NCBI GenBank assembly: GCA_022574205.1
Contig: JACZSL010000002.1
Location: 11,965-75,964, forward strand
Reading direction: 5' to 3'
From: Patescibacteria group bacterium
GTDB taxonomy: Bacteria > Patescibacteriota > Minisyncoccia > Phycocordibacterales > JACZSL01
DNA: 64,000 nt
Each line of letters begins with the position of its first letter. Position 1 is the stretch's first letter. Of this stretch, positions 19,625 to 28,887 are shown piece by piece. The notes beneath the pieces are model-generated. The model did no database searches, was not told the origin of the DNA, and worked only from the letters and a program-made list of their open reading frames with translations. Both the position numbers and the translations under genes were made by a program.

Positions 19625-20398
19625 ATGACGGAAGCTTTCCTATATTCGATTATAAGCGTGCTCATAGTAAGTACGATTTCGCTCATAGGTATTTTTACCC
19701 TTACTCTTAGCCCTAGATTGCTCAAAAAGTCTGTGTTTGTGCTTGTGAGTTTGGCTGTCGGTGCGCTCCTGGGGGATGCTCTGATTCATCTATTCCCTGA
19801 AGCGCTTGAGGAAACGGGAAGTGCACAAATAGCATCTTTCTATGCACTTCTTGGCATGCTCATATTTTTTGTACTCGAAAAGTTTCTTCACTGGCATCAC
19901 CATACAGAACATGTTGGTGAAGAGCTCCTTGCGCCGGGTGGAAAACAAAAAATAAATCCGCTCGGTTATCTTATATTGACGTCTGATAGTTTTCACAACC
20001 TTATTGACGGCATGATCATAGGCGCCAGTTTTATGGTAAATACCGAACTGGGTATTGCAACAACAATTGCCGTCGTCCTTCACGAAATTCCACAAGAGAT
20101 CGGAGATTTTGGAGTTCTCATACACTCTGGGTTTAGTAAACTTCGCGCATTGCTTGTTAATTTTGGTACAGCGTTGTTTTCATTTCTTGGTGTTGGTATT
20201 GTTTTTCTCCTTCAAAATGTAAGTGAAAATATCAGCGGCATTCTAGCGGCGTTTGCGGCGGGAACCTTCCTTTATATTGCAGGAAGTGATCTCGTTCCAG
20301 AGTTACAAAAAACTCGCAGAGTCGGCGAGTCAATTTTGCAGTTTGTTGCCATGTGCGTGGGGATGGGTATTATGTTTGCTCTGTTGTTGTTAGAGTAA
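19625..20398 (+). CDS. ZIP-family metal (Zn) transporter
   Basis: HLFPEA, His-rich loop HWHHH, HNLIDG, HEIPQEIGDF. Confidence 0.93.
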   Translation: MTEAFLYSIISVLIVSTISLIGIFTLTLSPRLLKKSVFVLVSLAVGALLGDALIHLFPEALEETGSAQIASFYALLGMLIFFVLEKFLHWHHHTEHVGEELLAPGGKQKINPLGYLILTSDSFHNLIDGMIIGASFMVNTELGIATTIAVVLHEIPQEIGDFGVLIHSGFSKLRALLVNFGTALFSFLGVGIVFLLQNVSENISGILAAFAAGTFLYIAGSDLVPELQKTRRVGESILQFVAMCVGMGIMFALLLLE

Positions 20399-20442
20399 TT
20401 TGGCACCTTTGTGTCTTTTGTCATAGGCTTTTGTTTTGTATT

Positions 20443-20547
20443 GAAAACACAAAACACCAGCCTTGACTGGTGTTTGTGTCGCAACCCGCAGTAACACCCC
20501 CTGTTCCTGTCCAGGTGTTACTTGGACTAGAACATGCGTTTGCAGAT
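20443..20547 (-). ncRNA. Candidate novel structured small RNA (pseudoknot or switch)
   Basis: TTGAAA-16-TACAAT promoter (20554-20581), three tiled helices, intrinsic terminator; no ORF. Confidence 0.55.
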
Positions 20548-20758
20548 ACATACATTGTAGTAAATACTGGCTTATTTTCAAGGGAATTTATCCACCTCTG
20601 TGTATAAACGAATATGTTAAAATCCTGTAAAAATGCGGGATTTTTGCTTGTTTATTAGAGTGTTTTTAGTATGGTCCAAAACCTTGTGCTGCAAGATATA
20701 CACCAATAAATCTACATAAAAAAAACAGCCCATAGAAATAGTTATTTTGAATCTTCTG

Positions 20759-20831
20759 GGCGACTAGAGAGAATCGAACTCTCATCGCGGGTTCCACAAA
20801 CCCGAGTGTTAACCGTTACACCATAGTCGCC
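20759..20831 (-). tRNA. tRNA-His(GTG) with encoded G-1
   Basis: Cloverleaf; anticodon arm CGGGT-TTGTGGA-ACCCG. Confidence 0.95.
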
Positions 20832-20873
20832 ATGTGTGCTTTTTATAGCAAATTAAAGCTAAAAAAGATACTC

Positions 20874-21293
20874 TTACTTCAACAAAAACTCTTTTGCTTT
20901 CCTCAACACCTCCCTCCTATTACTATATTGTATGAGCTTATTTGCTTCCTCAAATGTCGCCCACTTGTAGCTTTGTATTTCACTTTCTTGCGGCACTACT
21001 ACATTGTTTTCTACAAAACCCAGAAAATAATGCACTTCTTTTCTATACGACTTACCTTCATCTCGGACAACAATATATTCCTCTACTACTTTAAAGTCTT
21101 CAACGATGTCGATTTTATGTATTCCTGTTTCCTCGCTGAATTCACGCAGGGCTGTTTGTAGATCACTTTCGCCTTTTTCCTGCTCGCCCTTCGGGAAACT
21201 AAACGAGTCGTTTGTTTGTTGAACTATTAAGTAAAGATTATCACCTTCTACTTTATGGACGGGAATAATACCGCATGATTTTTTGTGTATCAT
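20874..21293 (-). CDS. NUDIX hydrolase (Ap4A hydrolase-like)
   Basis: FPKGEQEKGESDLQTALREFSEETG Nudix box. Confidence 0.92.
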   Translation of the reverse strand: MIHKKSCGIIPVHKVEGDNLYLIVQQTNDSFSFPKGEQEKGESDLQTALREFSEETGIHKIDIVEDFKVVEEYIVVRDEGKSYRKEVHYFLGFVENNVVVPQESEIQSYKWATFEEANKLIQYSNRREVLRKAKEFLLK

Positions 21294-21426
21294 CCCGATA
21301 GTAATAGGACACGGACACAGACTGTCCTTGCCACAAGATTAAACTTTCATTAATGTTCGACTTTTCCATTATATTTTGTCTCAGTGTCCGTCCTGCTTGC
21401 CGGCAGGCAGGGATTACTATAAGGAC
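21292..21426. mobile_element. MITE-like element A (ATCCCGATAGTAAT ends) with nested CCTGCYTGCCGGCAGGCAGG palindrome
   Basis: Near-identical in reverse orientation to 53079-53212; its end overlaps the NUDIX ATG. Confidence 0.8.
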
Positions 21427-21431
21427 TCATG

Positions 21432-21513
21432 TGCCCAGGGGGGGACTTGAACCCCCAAGCCGTGAAGCATACGCCCCTCAAGCGTACGAGTTTACCAATT
21501 TCTCCACCTGGGC
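21432..21513 (-). tRNA. tRNA-Leu(GAG)
   Basis: Cloverleaf with variable arm; TACGC-TTGAGGG-GCGTA. Confidence 0.95.
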
Positions 21514-22188
21514 TTACAGTGTTTTATTTACGACACTTAATGCTTTTTCTATTTTTCTGCGTTTGCGAGATAAGCATATCACGTTTTTGTCGTAATACAT
21601 TTTTTTTAGGATCTTTAGTGATTCACTTTTTGCAAACCTTAATTGGTGTACGTTACCAAATTTGGAGCACACAATATGCCCTTTCACACTGATTAATTTC
21701 CCGAGCTCCTCTTTTATCCAATCTATGTGTTTTCTACTAGCAGAAGCAAAAACAACGTAAAACATGTAGCTTTTTTTCCAACGAGGATCCCAATACGAAT
21801 AAAAACACCCATCCCCATCATGATGACCTCTAAGAAAATCAAAGAAGTATGTTAGTGGAATTTCTATCTTGCCTATAATTTTTGTCTTGGCTGGACTAAA
21901 GCCAGCACCCAAAAGAAATTTGTACAACTTGACACTACCAAACTGAATTCTTGTGGTTCTTTTGCCAGTATGGGTAGAAATTTTGGTTCCAATTTTAACA
22001 TTAATGTTAAGACAACGCATAAAATTTAAAAGTTGTTCTTTGTCCTTGGAGGTTAAGTCAAAATGTCTTCCATCTATCGAGAGACTTCCATCAGTAGCTA
22101 AAAGCCCCATTGCATATGCAAAATTTGGACTCCACTTGGTACTTATTTCACTATTTCTCTTCACATTAGTCGTGCAATAATCATACAA
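21514..22188 (-). CDS. Free-standing double-motif LAGLIDADG endonuclease-like protein
   Basis: YAMGLLATDG and FLRGHHDGDG helices; stop codon abuts the tRNA-Leu 5' end; exact start uncertain. Confidence 0.85.
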   Translation of the reverse strand: MYDYCTTNVKRNSEISTKWSPNFAYAMGLLATDGSLSIDGRHFDLTSKDKEQLLNFMRCLNINVKIGTKISTHTGKRTTRIQFGSVKLYKFLLGAGFSPAKTKIIGKIEIPLTYFFDFLRGHHDGDGCFYSYWDPRWKKSYMFYVVFASASRKHIDWIKEELGKLISVKGHIVCSKFGNVHQLRFAKSESLKILKKMYYDKNVICLSRKRRKIEKALSVVNKTL

Positions 22189-22265
22189 AATATATCATTT
22201 CTGCTCAAGTATATAGCGTATACCACAGAAATTAAAATAAAAATCGTACCTATATGGTACAACTT

Positions 22266-22799
22266 TTATTTCTTCTCTTCTTTTTTTTGTTCAGCTTTCG
22301 GAGTCTCTTCAACTTTTGTATCCGTAGTAGAGCTCTCTTTTACCGGATCTTTCGTTTCTTTTTGTTCTTCTTTGGCTGATTCTGTATTTAGAGCATCTTC
22401 GGCTGCAGCTTTTGCTTTTTCTGCAATATCACTTTCTGTTGCAAGATCCATGAGTCTCATATGGCGCATCTGGCGACGGATTTCACGTGCAACTTTTTCG
22501 CGAATATAATACAGTTTCGATCTGCTGACTTTGCTTCTTCGGACGATTTCAATTTTATCAATCATCGGCGAGTAAAGTGGAAAAACCTTTTCAATGCCGA
22601 AGCCGTCCGAAACACGTCTGACTGTAAAAGTCGCGCCGGCCTCGTTACCGTGCTTCCTAGCAAGTACTAAACCCTCAAATGCCTGCAAGCGAGTCTTTCC
22701 TTTTTCCTGGATTTTTTGCCATACACGCACAGTGTCACCAGCACGAATACCGATGTCACGTCTACTTTTCATATTTACTTGCGATGTTGTGATTGCCAT
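22266..22799 (-). CDS. rplS: 50S ribosomal protein L19 with acidic/Lys-rich C-terminal tail
   Basis: [36 protein letters not shown]. Confidence 0.97.
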   Translation of the reverse strand: MAITTSQVNMKSRRDIGIRAGDTVRVWQKIQEKGKTRLQAFEGLVLARKHGNEAGATFTVRRVSDGFGIEKVFPLYSPMIDKIEIVRRSKVSRSKLYYIREKVAREIRRQMRHMRLMDLATESDIAEKAKAAAEDALNTESAKEEQKETKDPVKESSTTDTKVEETPKAEQKKEEKK

Positions 22800-23005
22800 A
22801 CGCCTGAATAGGCCAAACTTTAGCACAAGAAGTGCGGTTGTGCAAGAATACGCTAGATTCTGAGCGCTTTTATGGAGCTAAAATCACAGACTATTTTTGA
22901 ATGTCCCAGAAACTGTTTACGAAACGGGTGGATTGTCGACAGCCTACGCTCTCCATCGCTACTTACCTTACCACCCACTACCTACTACGATCGGTTGTAG
23001 TACCC

Positions 23006-23044
23006 ACTTCGACTCCCGCCTGCCGGCGGGCAGGAATCGAAGTG
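23006..23044. repeat. REP-like palindrome cacttcgactcccgcctgccggcgggcaggaatcgaagtg
   Basis: Same GC-rich core as 21392 and 53094; flanks match the rplK hairpin ends. Confidence 0.75.
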
Positions 23045-23057
23045 TGTAAGCTGTATA

Positions 23058-23777
23058 TTAATTTCTTAATTCCTTTAACGCTCTTTCAAAATCTTTTGGC
23101 AAAGGTGCTTCGGCGCAAAGAGTTGCCCCACTTGATAGACTTAGAGTAAGCGAATACGCGTGAAGTGCTAAGCGCTCGAAACCAAGCGCACACTCTCGCT
23201 TAGGGGCGTAAAGTGGGTCGCACACAATTGGGTGGTGGAGTGCTTTAAAATGGACACGTAGTTGGTGTGTTCTTCCTGTCTTAGGGCGTGCTTCTACATA
23301 TGAAAATTCGCCGTTCTCTTCAAGCACATCGTATTTGGTCAAAGCTTCCCGAAGTTTGCCGCGCGCGGACTTTTCGGCAGAACGCAGTCGAAAATTTTTA
23401 TTGCTTCGACCAATTGTTAAAGTTATAATTCCTTCCCCATCTTTAGGTACACCATATAAAAAAGCCCTATAGACCTTTGCTACCTTACTTTCTTTAAACT
23501 GCTGTTTCAGATGTGTATAAGCTTTTTGGTTTTTAGCAACAATAAGTACCCCTGATGTGTCGCGGTCAATTCTGTGGACAATACCAGGGCGGTGTATCTC
23601 TTTGTCGTCCATAATTTGGGTCTCTCCGACGTCCTGAATGCCAGGGTACTTTGAAATAAGCCAGTCTGTAACTGAGGGCTCTTTTGTCTTTCCGTCGAAA
23701 TGCACCACAAGCCCTGAGGGTTTGTCGAGCACAAGAGTGTCTATGTCTTCGTAGATAATTTTTGGGCTTTTATTCAC
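23058..23777 (-). CDS. RluA-family pseudouridine synthase
   Basis: DKPSGLVVH, HRIDRDTSG, TGRTHQLRVH, LHA. Confidence 0.95.
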   Translation of the reverse strand: MNKSPKIIYEDIDTLVLDKPSGLVVHFDGKTKEPSVTDWLISKYPGIQDVGETQIMDDKEIHRPGIVHRIDRDTSGVLIVAKNQKAYTHLKQQFKESKVAKVYRAFLYGVPKDGEGIITLTIGRSNKNFRLRSAEKSARGKLREALTKYDVLEENGEFSYVEARPKTGRTHQLRVHFKALHHPIVCDPLYAPKRECALGFERLALHAYSLTLSLSSGATLCAEAPLPKDFERALKELRN

Positions 23778-24472
23778 TTTCCAATTCTTCGCTCTCGCTC
23801 TTTATATTCGTCGAGTACGTGATTAAATTCTTCTTCGTCAAAATCTGGCCAGAGTGTGCCTGTAAAGTAAAGCTCACTGTAGACCGACTGCCACGGAAGA
23901 AAGTTTGAAAGACGCATTGTGTTTCCAGTTCTGATAATTATATCTGGGTCCGGGAGACCGTTCGTCCATAATTCTTTTTCAAACTCTTTTTCGGTGACTT
24001 CTTTTTTTTGGCCTTTTTTTAGAATGGAGTTTACTGCATGCACGATTTCAGCCCGCCCTCCGTATGAAAGCGCAAACGCCACCGTCTTCTCTTTAAATGT
24101 TTTTGTTTCTTCTTCCACCTTGCTCATCAGCGCCTGCACTAGTTTAGGCCACCGCTCACGTTGCCCAATAAAGCGCACACTTGTTTTCTTTTTTTTGGCC
24201 TCATCGAGTATCTCATGTAGTCCAGACTTTAAGAACTTCGTAAGGTTTGTGACTTCTTCTTTGCTTCGTTTCCAATTTTCTGTTGAAAATGCATAGAATA
24301 TGAGGTTTTTAACACCTGCTTTTTCTGCCCACGAAATACACGCTTTGAGATTATCAAATCCCGCACGATGTCCTTTTGCGACTGTGAGGCCGTTATCCTT
24401 CGCCCATCTGCGATTGCCATCAATGATAATACCTATAGACAGTGGTGTTTTGTATTTCTTTTGTACTGACAT
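23774..24472 (-). CDS. uppS: Undecaprenyl diphosphate synthase
   Basis: IIDGNRRWA, FSTENWKR, YGGR.E, RLSNFLPWQ. Confidence 0.97.
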   Translation of the reverse strand: MSVQKKYKTPLSIGIIIDGNRRWAKDNGLTVAKGHRAGFDNLKACISWAEKAGVKNLIFYAFSTENWKRSKEEVTNLTKFLKSGLHEILDEAKKKKTSVRFIGQRERWPKLVQALMSKVEEETKTFKEKTVAFALSYGGRAEIVHAVNSILKKGQKKEVTEKEFEKELWTNGLPDPDIIIRTGNTMRLSNFLPWQSVYSELYFTGTLWPDFDEEEFNHVLDEYKERERRIGK

Positions 24473-24478
24473 GTTTGT

Positions 24479-24754
24479 TTAGAAAACAATCGAAAAGTCT
24501 CTAAATGTTCCCTCCGAATCCTTCCACACTACCTCAACGTTCTTGATCAACGCAAGCACAGGTCCTTTGTGTAAATACTTAATCAATTTTTTAAGTTCTA
24601 CTTCACCACCCTCAGCAACAACCATTACGCCGCCATCGTCACTATTTTGAACTGTGCCAGAAAGCCCAAGTTTCATCGCTTTGCGCCAGACAAAATCCCG
24701 AAACATAACCATTTGCACACTGCCTGTAATTTTAGCTTCTATTTGGTGATTCAT
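24479..24754 (-). CDS. acyP: Acylphosphatase
   Basis: ITGSVQMVMFR, GTVQN.DGGV..AEG, GP. Confidence 0.9.
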   Translation of the reverse strand: MNHQIEAKITGSVQMVMFRDFVWRKAMKLGLSGTVQNSDDGGVMVVAEGGEVELKKLIKYLHKGPVLALIKNVEVVWKDSEGTFRDFSIVF

Positions 24755-24760
24755 ATTTAG

Positions 24761-24833
24761 TGCGCGATGAGAGACTTGAACTCCCGACCTTCTCGGTGTA
24801 AACGAGCTGCTCTACCAACTGAGCTAATCGCGC
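24761..24833 (-). tRNA. tRNA-Val(TAC)
   Basis: Cloverleaf; loop TTTACAC. Confidence 0.95.
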
Positions 24834-25016
24834 AATATCGAAAGTATATAAAAATTCGATGATTTTTCAACCGTGCATGGAAGAATGGGCTTGGTCTCGC
24901 CCCAAGCTTAAAACAAGCTTTTGGAGAGCGTGTTTTTCCTCACGTTCGATCCTTACCTCTAAAACAAATTAAACAAAGTACACGTATCTGAGTCGGTGCG
25001 TGTACTTTGTTCAATG

Positions 25017-25088
25017 CGCCCCCGGGAGGAATCGAACCCCCATCCAAAGCTTAGAAGTCTCTTGTTCTATCCATTAAACTACGGGGGC
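25017..25088 (-). tRNA. tRNA-Arg(TCT)
   Basis: Cloverleaf; loop CTTCTAA. Confidence 0.93.
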
Positions 25089-25127
25089 AAGATTCTGGAA
25101 TTGAAATCGTTATTATCCTAGCATAAT

Positions 25128-25451
25128 TCAACGCACATTAGGTGCTGGTGGCAGATTTTTCTTGAGTTCCAAGAATTTGGTTTCTTTTTCTTCAAAGAGG
25201 TTAAGTGTCTTGTCGAGTTGCTTCAAATTAAGAACTATTACTTTTGCCGTTTCGTCTCTTTGAACGACAAAAATAGAGCCCTTGTTAATTTGTAAAAAAA
25301 GATATGTACTAAACAAAACATTTATGAGATTTAATAAGAGAAAGAATCCGAATACTAAAATCCAGTCGCGTTCTACTCGAGTGCGGTCATGATCCCCGTA
25401 TCCGTTGATAAATGAATTGCCTATTTTGCTTTGTAGATTTTCCAAAAACAT
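25128..25451 (-). CDS. Single-TM hypothetical protein at the end of the pilMNO operon
   Basis: RDW followed by a TM helix; operon position. Confidence 0.7.
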   Translation of the reverse strand: MFLENLQSKIGNSFINGYGDHDRTRVERDWILVFGFFLLLNLINVLFSTYLFLQINKGSIFVVQRDETAKVIVLNLKQLDKTLNLFEEKETKFLELKKNLPPAPNVR

Positions 25452-25558
25452 ATCTATGCCGTTATAAATTAATCTTTAGTCTATTTTCTCTCGCAATGCT
25501 TTGTTGCAATGTAAACGTCTCTAAGAATTGTGCGTCATCTTTTAATTTCATATCTGTA

Positions 25559-26110
25559 TTATTTTGTCTTTGTTATCAAAAGTCTAAAATCGCCTCGCCA
25601 TGCATATGCGCTCGTCTCTGCCTCCAATGATTTATTAAACTGTAGTCGAGTAATCCTTACCTTATAAGGCAGTGTCTCAAGTAGAAGAAAAGTGTGGTAC
25701 ACACCTTCCCACGACCCTTCTACGTTAATATCAAGAGATAGTTCCTCAACAAATGCCGAATTCTCGTTGACTTCTTTTCCAATTGAACGAACCTCGATCA
25801 CGACACCTGTCTGTGTCTCCAATGATTCAATACCTTCTAGGAAAGCCACAATACTTCTATCTGTAAGAATACGTTTTTGTAGGGCGTCACGTTTCTCTTT
25901 CGTTTCCTCTACTGAAACAAGCAGGTCGTCCAATCTCAGCTCTTGTTCGGACGCCTGACTGATACTGTCTTCCTTGATAGATATGGCTCTGTTGGTCGCC
26001 CTAATCTCGCCGAATAAAAATATGTACGCAACAATAACAAAAACAAGTGTAAGTATGAAGACGGAGACGGAGACGGAGACGGAACTAATTATTTTTGAAA
26101 ATTTTCCCAT
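25559..26110 (-). CDS. pilO: PilO-like type IV pilus alignment protein
   Basis: TM + coiled coil + VEGSW...FLLLETLPY; follows pilM and pilN. Confidence 0.7.
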   Translation of the reverse strand: MGKFSKIISSVSVSVSVFILTLVFVIVAYIFLFGEIRATNRAISIKEDSISQASEQELRLDDLLVSVEETKEKRDALQKRILTDRSIVAFLEGIESLETQTGVVIEVRSIGKEVNENSAFVEELSLDINVEGSWEGVYHTFLLLETLPYKVRITRLQFNKSLEAETSAYAWRGDFRLLITKTK

Positions 26111-26111
26111 A

Positions 26112-26648
26112 TTAAAAGTCTCCTTTCACTTTAATAGTGAAATCGATGTCACGATCTTTTGCTAAATTTGATACTGGAAATTCAACACTTGTAAACAAAG
26201 CATCACCTTCGATTGCGCTGGAAAAACTAGTTAGTTGGCCTCGGCTTTCGGCAGTGCCGCCAATGCTTAAGAGTGTGCCGTCCGGGGTTTTGTCTAGAAG
26301 CACTTGTTTAATGATGACACCGTTTGGTTTATGCGAGAGGGCTGTACTGATAACTAAAGACGGGGAGGTTTCTGTGATGTCTTCGCTTAAAGCGGTAAGA
26401 TGTCGTTTTGTGCTAATAAGTATGTTATTTAGCGTGTCCGCTGTCTCTTTGTCAGCTTTTTTCTCTAGTAAGCTTGCTTGATTACTAACAACACGCTCTT
26501 TTGCTTTTGAGAGAAGGAACGATGGCAGTAAAAGTACCGTGCCTATGACGGTTGTCATAATAAATCCCGATACAATAACCAGTACAAGTCGAAGGGTGTA
26601 CTCCCGGTGGAGTTTCTTTTTTTGTTCGAGGGGGAGAAGGTTAATCAT
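26112..26648 (-). CDS. pilN: PilN-like protein
   Basis: MINLLP PilM-binding motif, TM, GTAESR. Confidence 0.82.
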   Translation of the reverse strand: MINLLPLEQKKKLHREYTLRLVLVIVSGFIMTTVIGTVLLLPSFLLSKAKERVVSNQASLLEKKADKETADTLNNILISTKRHLTALSEDITETSPSLVISTALSHKPNGVIIKQVLLDKTPDGTLLSIGGTAESRGQLTSFSSAIEGDALFTSVEFPVSNLAKDRDIDFTIKVKGDF

Positions 26649-27768
26649 GTCGTTCTAGTGTAAGGTTTTGAAGCGCCAACCCAATTGACGTGGCGTATGC
26701 TAATGAATGTCGCTTATCAATCGGAGGAATGGCGTCCTCAAAAGAGAGTACATTTCCCCACACGTTGGCGATTTCAACAGGAATTTTAATGCTGTTTGAC
26801 AGGTAGTCGGCAAGTCCTGCAAGGTTTGAACTTCCTCCGCAAAGAATTATTTTATCGATTGCCGGCGCTTTTTTCTTGTCTGGAGTTGATCGGGTATTCC
26901 AATAGATATAGCGTTTATCGATTTCATCCCGAAGAGATTTAACTTCTTTCATAAGATCCTCAAATAACGCTTTATTCGTATCAAACTGTGAAAGACCTTT
27001 TTTATTTTTTATCTCTATAATACCCGCCTCATCAAGATGTGGTAAATGCTTTTTTATTGCCGCAGTCAAACCCTCGCCACCAACCGACACGGTGGAGGCA
27101 AATCTTAATGTGCCGCGGCTGACAACGGCAACACCAGTCCTGGCGTGGCCAAAATCAACAATCATGTAAGTACCTTTGGAGTCCGGAACAACACTGCGGG
27201 CAGTAGATTGTGTCTCGATCTCAAGCGTATGTGGAGTAAGTCCGGCACTCTTAAAAATGAAGACATAGTCATTAATGATTTCGCGGGAATATGCGGCAAC
27301 ACTCAAAACCATGTTTCCTACTTGATCTTTCGTCAGGATTTCATAATCAAAGACAGCGTCTCTTGCGGAAATTGGTATGTGCTCCTCAAGTTTAAACTCG
27401 AGAACACTTCTTACGCTCTGCCCGGGGGCAATTTTAGAGATTGTGGTTTGAAATAGATATGATTTTTCTTCTGGGAGTGAAATATTTACAAAATCAAGGC
27501 TGTGTTCCTCTTTTAATTTCTTCAGCTCCTCAGTAAGACGTTTTGCATCCTTTATTTTTCCCTGTACAACAATCCCTTCTTCAATCATAGAGGTGCCGAA
27601 TCGCCCAACACGTATGTTATCATGTTTTGTGACAAGCTCGAGAAATCGAATCGACACGTCGGAGATATCAATACCGACTGTTGGCATTATGATGAGTTGT
27701 GGTGGAGGAAAAAATTTCAAAAACTGACCTTTGAGCCCTTTGTGTATGTTTCCATTGTGACTGTGCAT
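26641..27768 (-). CDS. pilM: Type IV pilus assembly protein PilM
   Basis: VGIDISD, IVDFG, ILCGGSSNL, ATSIGLAL (actin-like fold). Confidence 0.92.
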   Translation of the reverse strand: MHSHNGNIHKGLKGQFLKFFPPPQLIIMPTVGIDISDVSIRFLELVTKHDNIRVGRFGTSMIEEGIVVQGKIKDAKRLTEELKKLKEEHSLDFVNISLPEEKSYLFQTTISKIAPGQSVRSVLEFKLEEHIPISARDAVFDYEILTKDQVGNMVLSVAAYSREIINDYVFIFKSAGLTPHTLEIETQSTARSVVPDSKGTYMIVDFGHARTGVAVVSRGTLRFASTVSVGGEGLTAAIKKHLPHLDEAGIIEIKNKKGLSQFDTNKALFEDLMKEVKSLRDEIDKRYIYWNTRSTPDKKKAPAIDKIILCGGSSNLAGLADYLSNSIKIPVEIANVWGNVLSFEDAIPPIDKRHSLAYATSIGLALQNLTLERHD

Positions 27769-27885
27769 GTATCTTTATTATACCCGTCACCATCAAAGCA
27801 AAAAAGTGCTTGGGGTGTTTGTATCCACACACCTTTAGTGTTTAGGGCGGTGCGTGTAGCCCATAGTTATGAAAATTGTAACGTA

Positions 27886-28473
27886 CTAAATGAGGAGAAT
27901 TAAAAGTATGAGAGCGATAAGCGTAAAAGTAATTATGGTGAAGTGCTTGAAAACAATTCGTGTGATGTTTTCGCCAAATACGTGGACAATATAGGCTGCT
28001 GCGTAAAGCTGGAGCGCTCTTCCAATAATACTTGCTACAAGAAATGTCAAAAATGGTGCTCCCAAAAAGCCCGCAGACAATGTAAATACCTTATACGGAA
28101 GGGGTGTGAATGCTCCTGCGAAAACCACAAGAAATACGCTTCCGGAATAAAGTATTTTAGCCTCCTCAAGCCCTTCAGTTAAGCCATAAAATTCGATTAT
28201 TTTAGACCCTATGGTGTCGAAGAAAAAGAATCCAATGATGTAGCCTAATATGCCTCCAAGAACAGAAAAAATGGTTGCGATCGATGCGTGTAGGACCCAA
28301 CGTTTTGCACCAAATGCGATGATGGCTACAAGAAAAAAAATAGTTGGTATGGGGAAAAATGATGATTCGCTGAAGGAAATTACGGCAAGCCACGTTTTAG
28401 CGTTGCGGCTATTGGCGCGCTCTTTAAGCCAGTGGTGAAGTCCTGTTTTTAACTTGTGCATATTCTCCAACAT
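27886..28473 (-). CDS. YqaA/DedA-family membrane protein
   Basis: SFSESSFFPIP, GYIIG, FTPLPYKVF, GR. Confidence 0.9.
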   Translation of the reverse strand: MLENMHKLKTGLHHWLKERANSRNAKTWLAVISFSESSFFPIPTIFFLVAIIAFGAKRWVLHASIATIFSVLGGILGYIIGFFFFDTIGSKIIEFYGLTEGLEEAKILYSGSVFLVVFAGAFTPLPYKVFTLSAGFLGAPFLTFLVASIIGRALQLYAAAYIVHVFGENITRIVFKHFTIITFTLIALILLILLI

Positions 28474-28476
28474 ATT

Positions 28477-28854
28477 TTAAACACGATCTATATAACTTTG
28501 TAAAATAATAGCTGCTGCTGAAGCGTCTATTTTATCGTGTCGTTCTTGAATGTGTTCAGCTTCTTTGGTGCTTAGTGTTTCTGGCTCCAGATAAACCGGA
28601 ACATTTGCCTTTTTGGTGATTGTCTTATTGAAACGTTTAATGTCTTCCATTATAGGATTTTCTTCCCCTTTATAATCTGTTGACTCGCCCACTATAACAG
28701 CATCGACTCCCTCTTGTTTCACCAGATTAACAATATAGAGAATGGTGTGCACGTCATTTTTTATTACTTCCTTTGGAAAAGCCATTCTGCCGTCCGAGTC
28801 GGAGACAGCAATCCCTATTTTTTTCTTTCCATAATCAATACCAAGTAATTTCAT
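28477..28854 (-). CDS. ruvX: YqgF/RuvX (pre-16S rRNA nuclease)
   Basis: LGIDYGKKKIGIAVSD, ETLST, DASAAAIILQ. Confidence 0.95.
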   Translation of the reverse strand: MKLLGIDYGKKKIGIAVSDSDGRMAFPKEVIKNDVHTILYIVNLVKQEGVDAVIVGESTDYKGEENPIMEDIKRFNKTITKKANVPVYLEPETLSTKEAEHIQERHDKIDASAAAIILQSYIDRV

Positions 28855-28887
28855 ATGTTTTAATATGGCGTATATGATGTTAACCCG

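Noticed and set aside
20443-20547. SRP RNA or 6S RNA
   Set aside because: No helix-8 GNRA/AGCAG motif, and too short and wrongly folded for 6S
21514-22188. Group I intron or intein hosting the LAGLIDADG ORFs
   Set aside because: Adjacent tRNAs are uninterrupted, and no splicing motifs or host exons were seen
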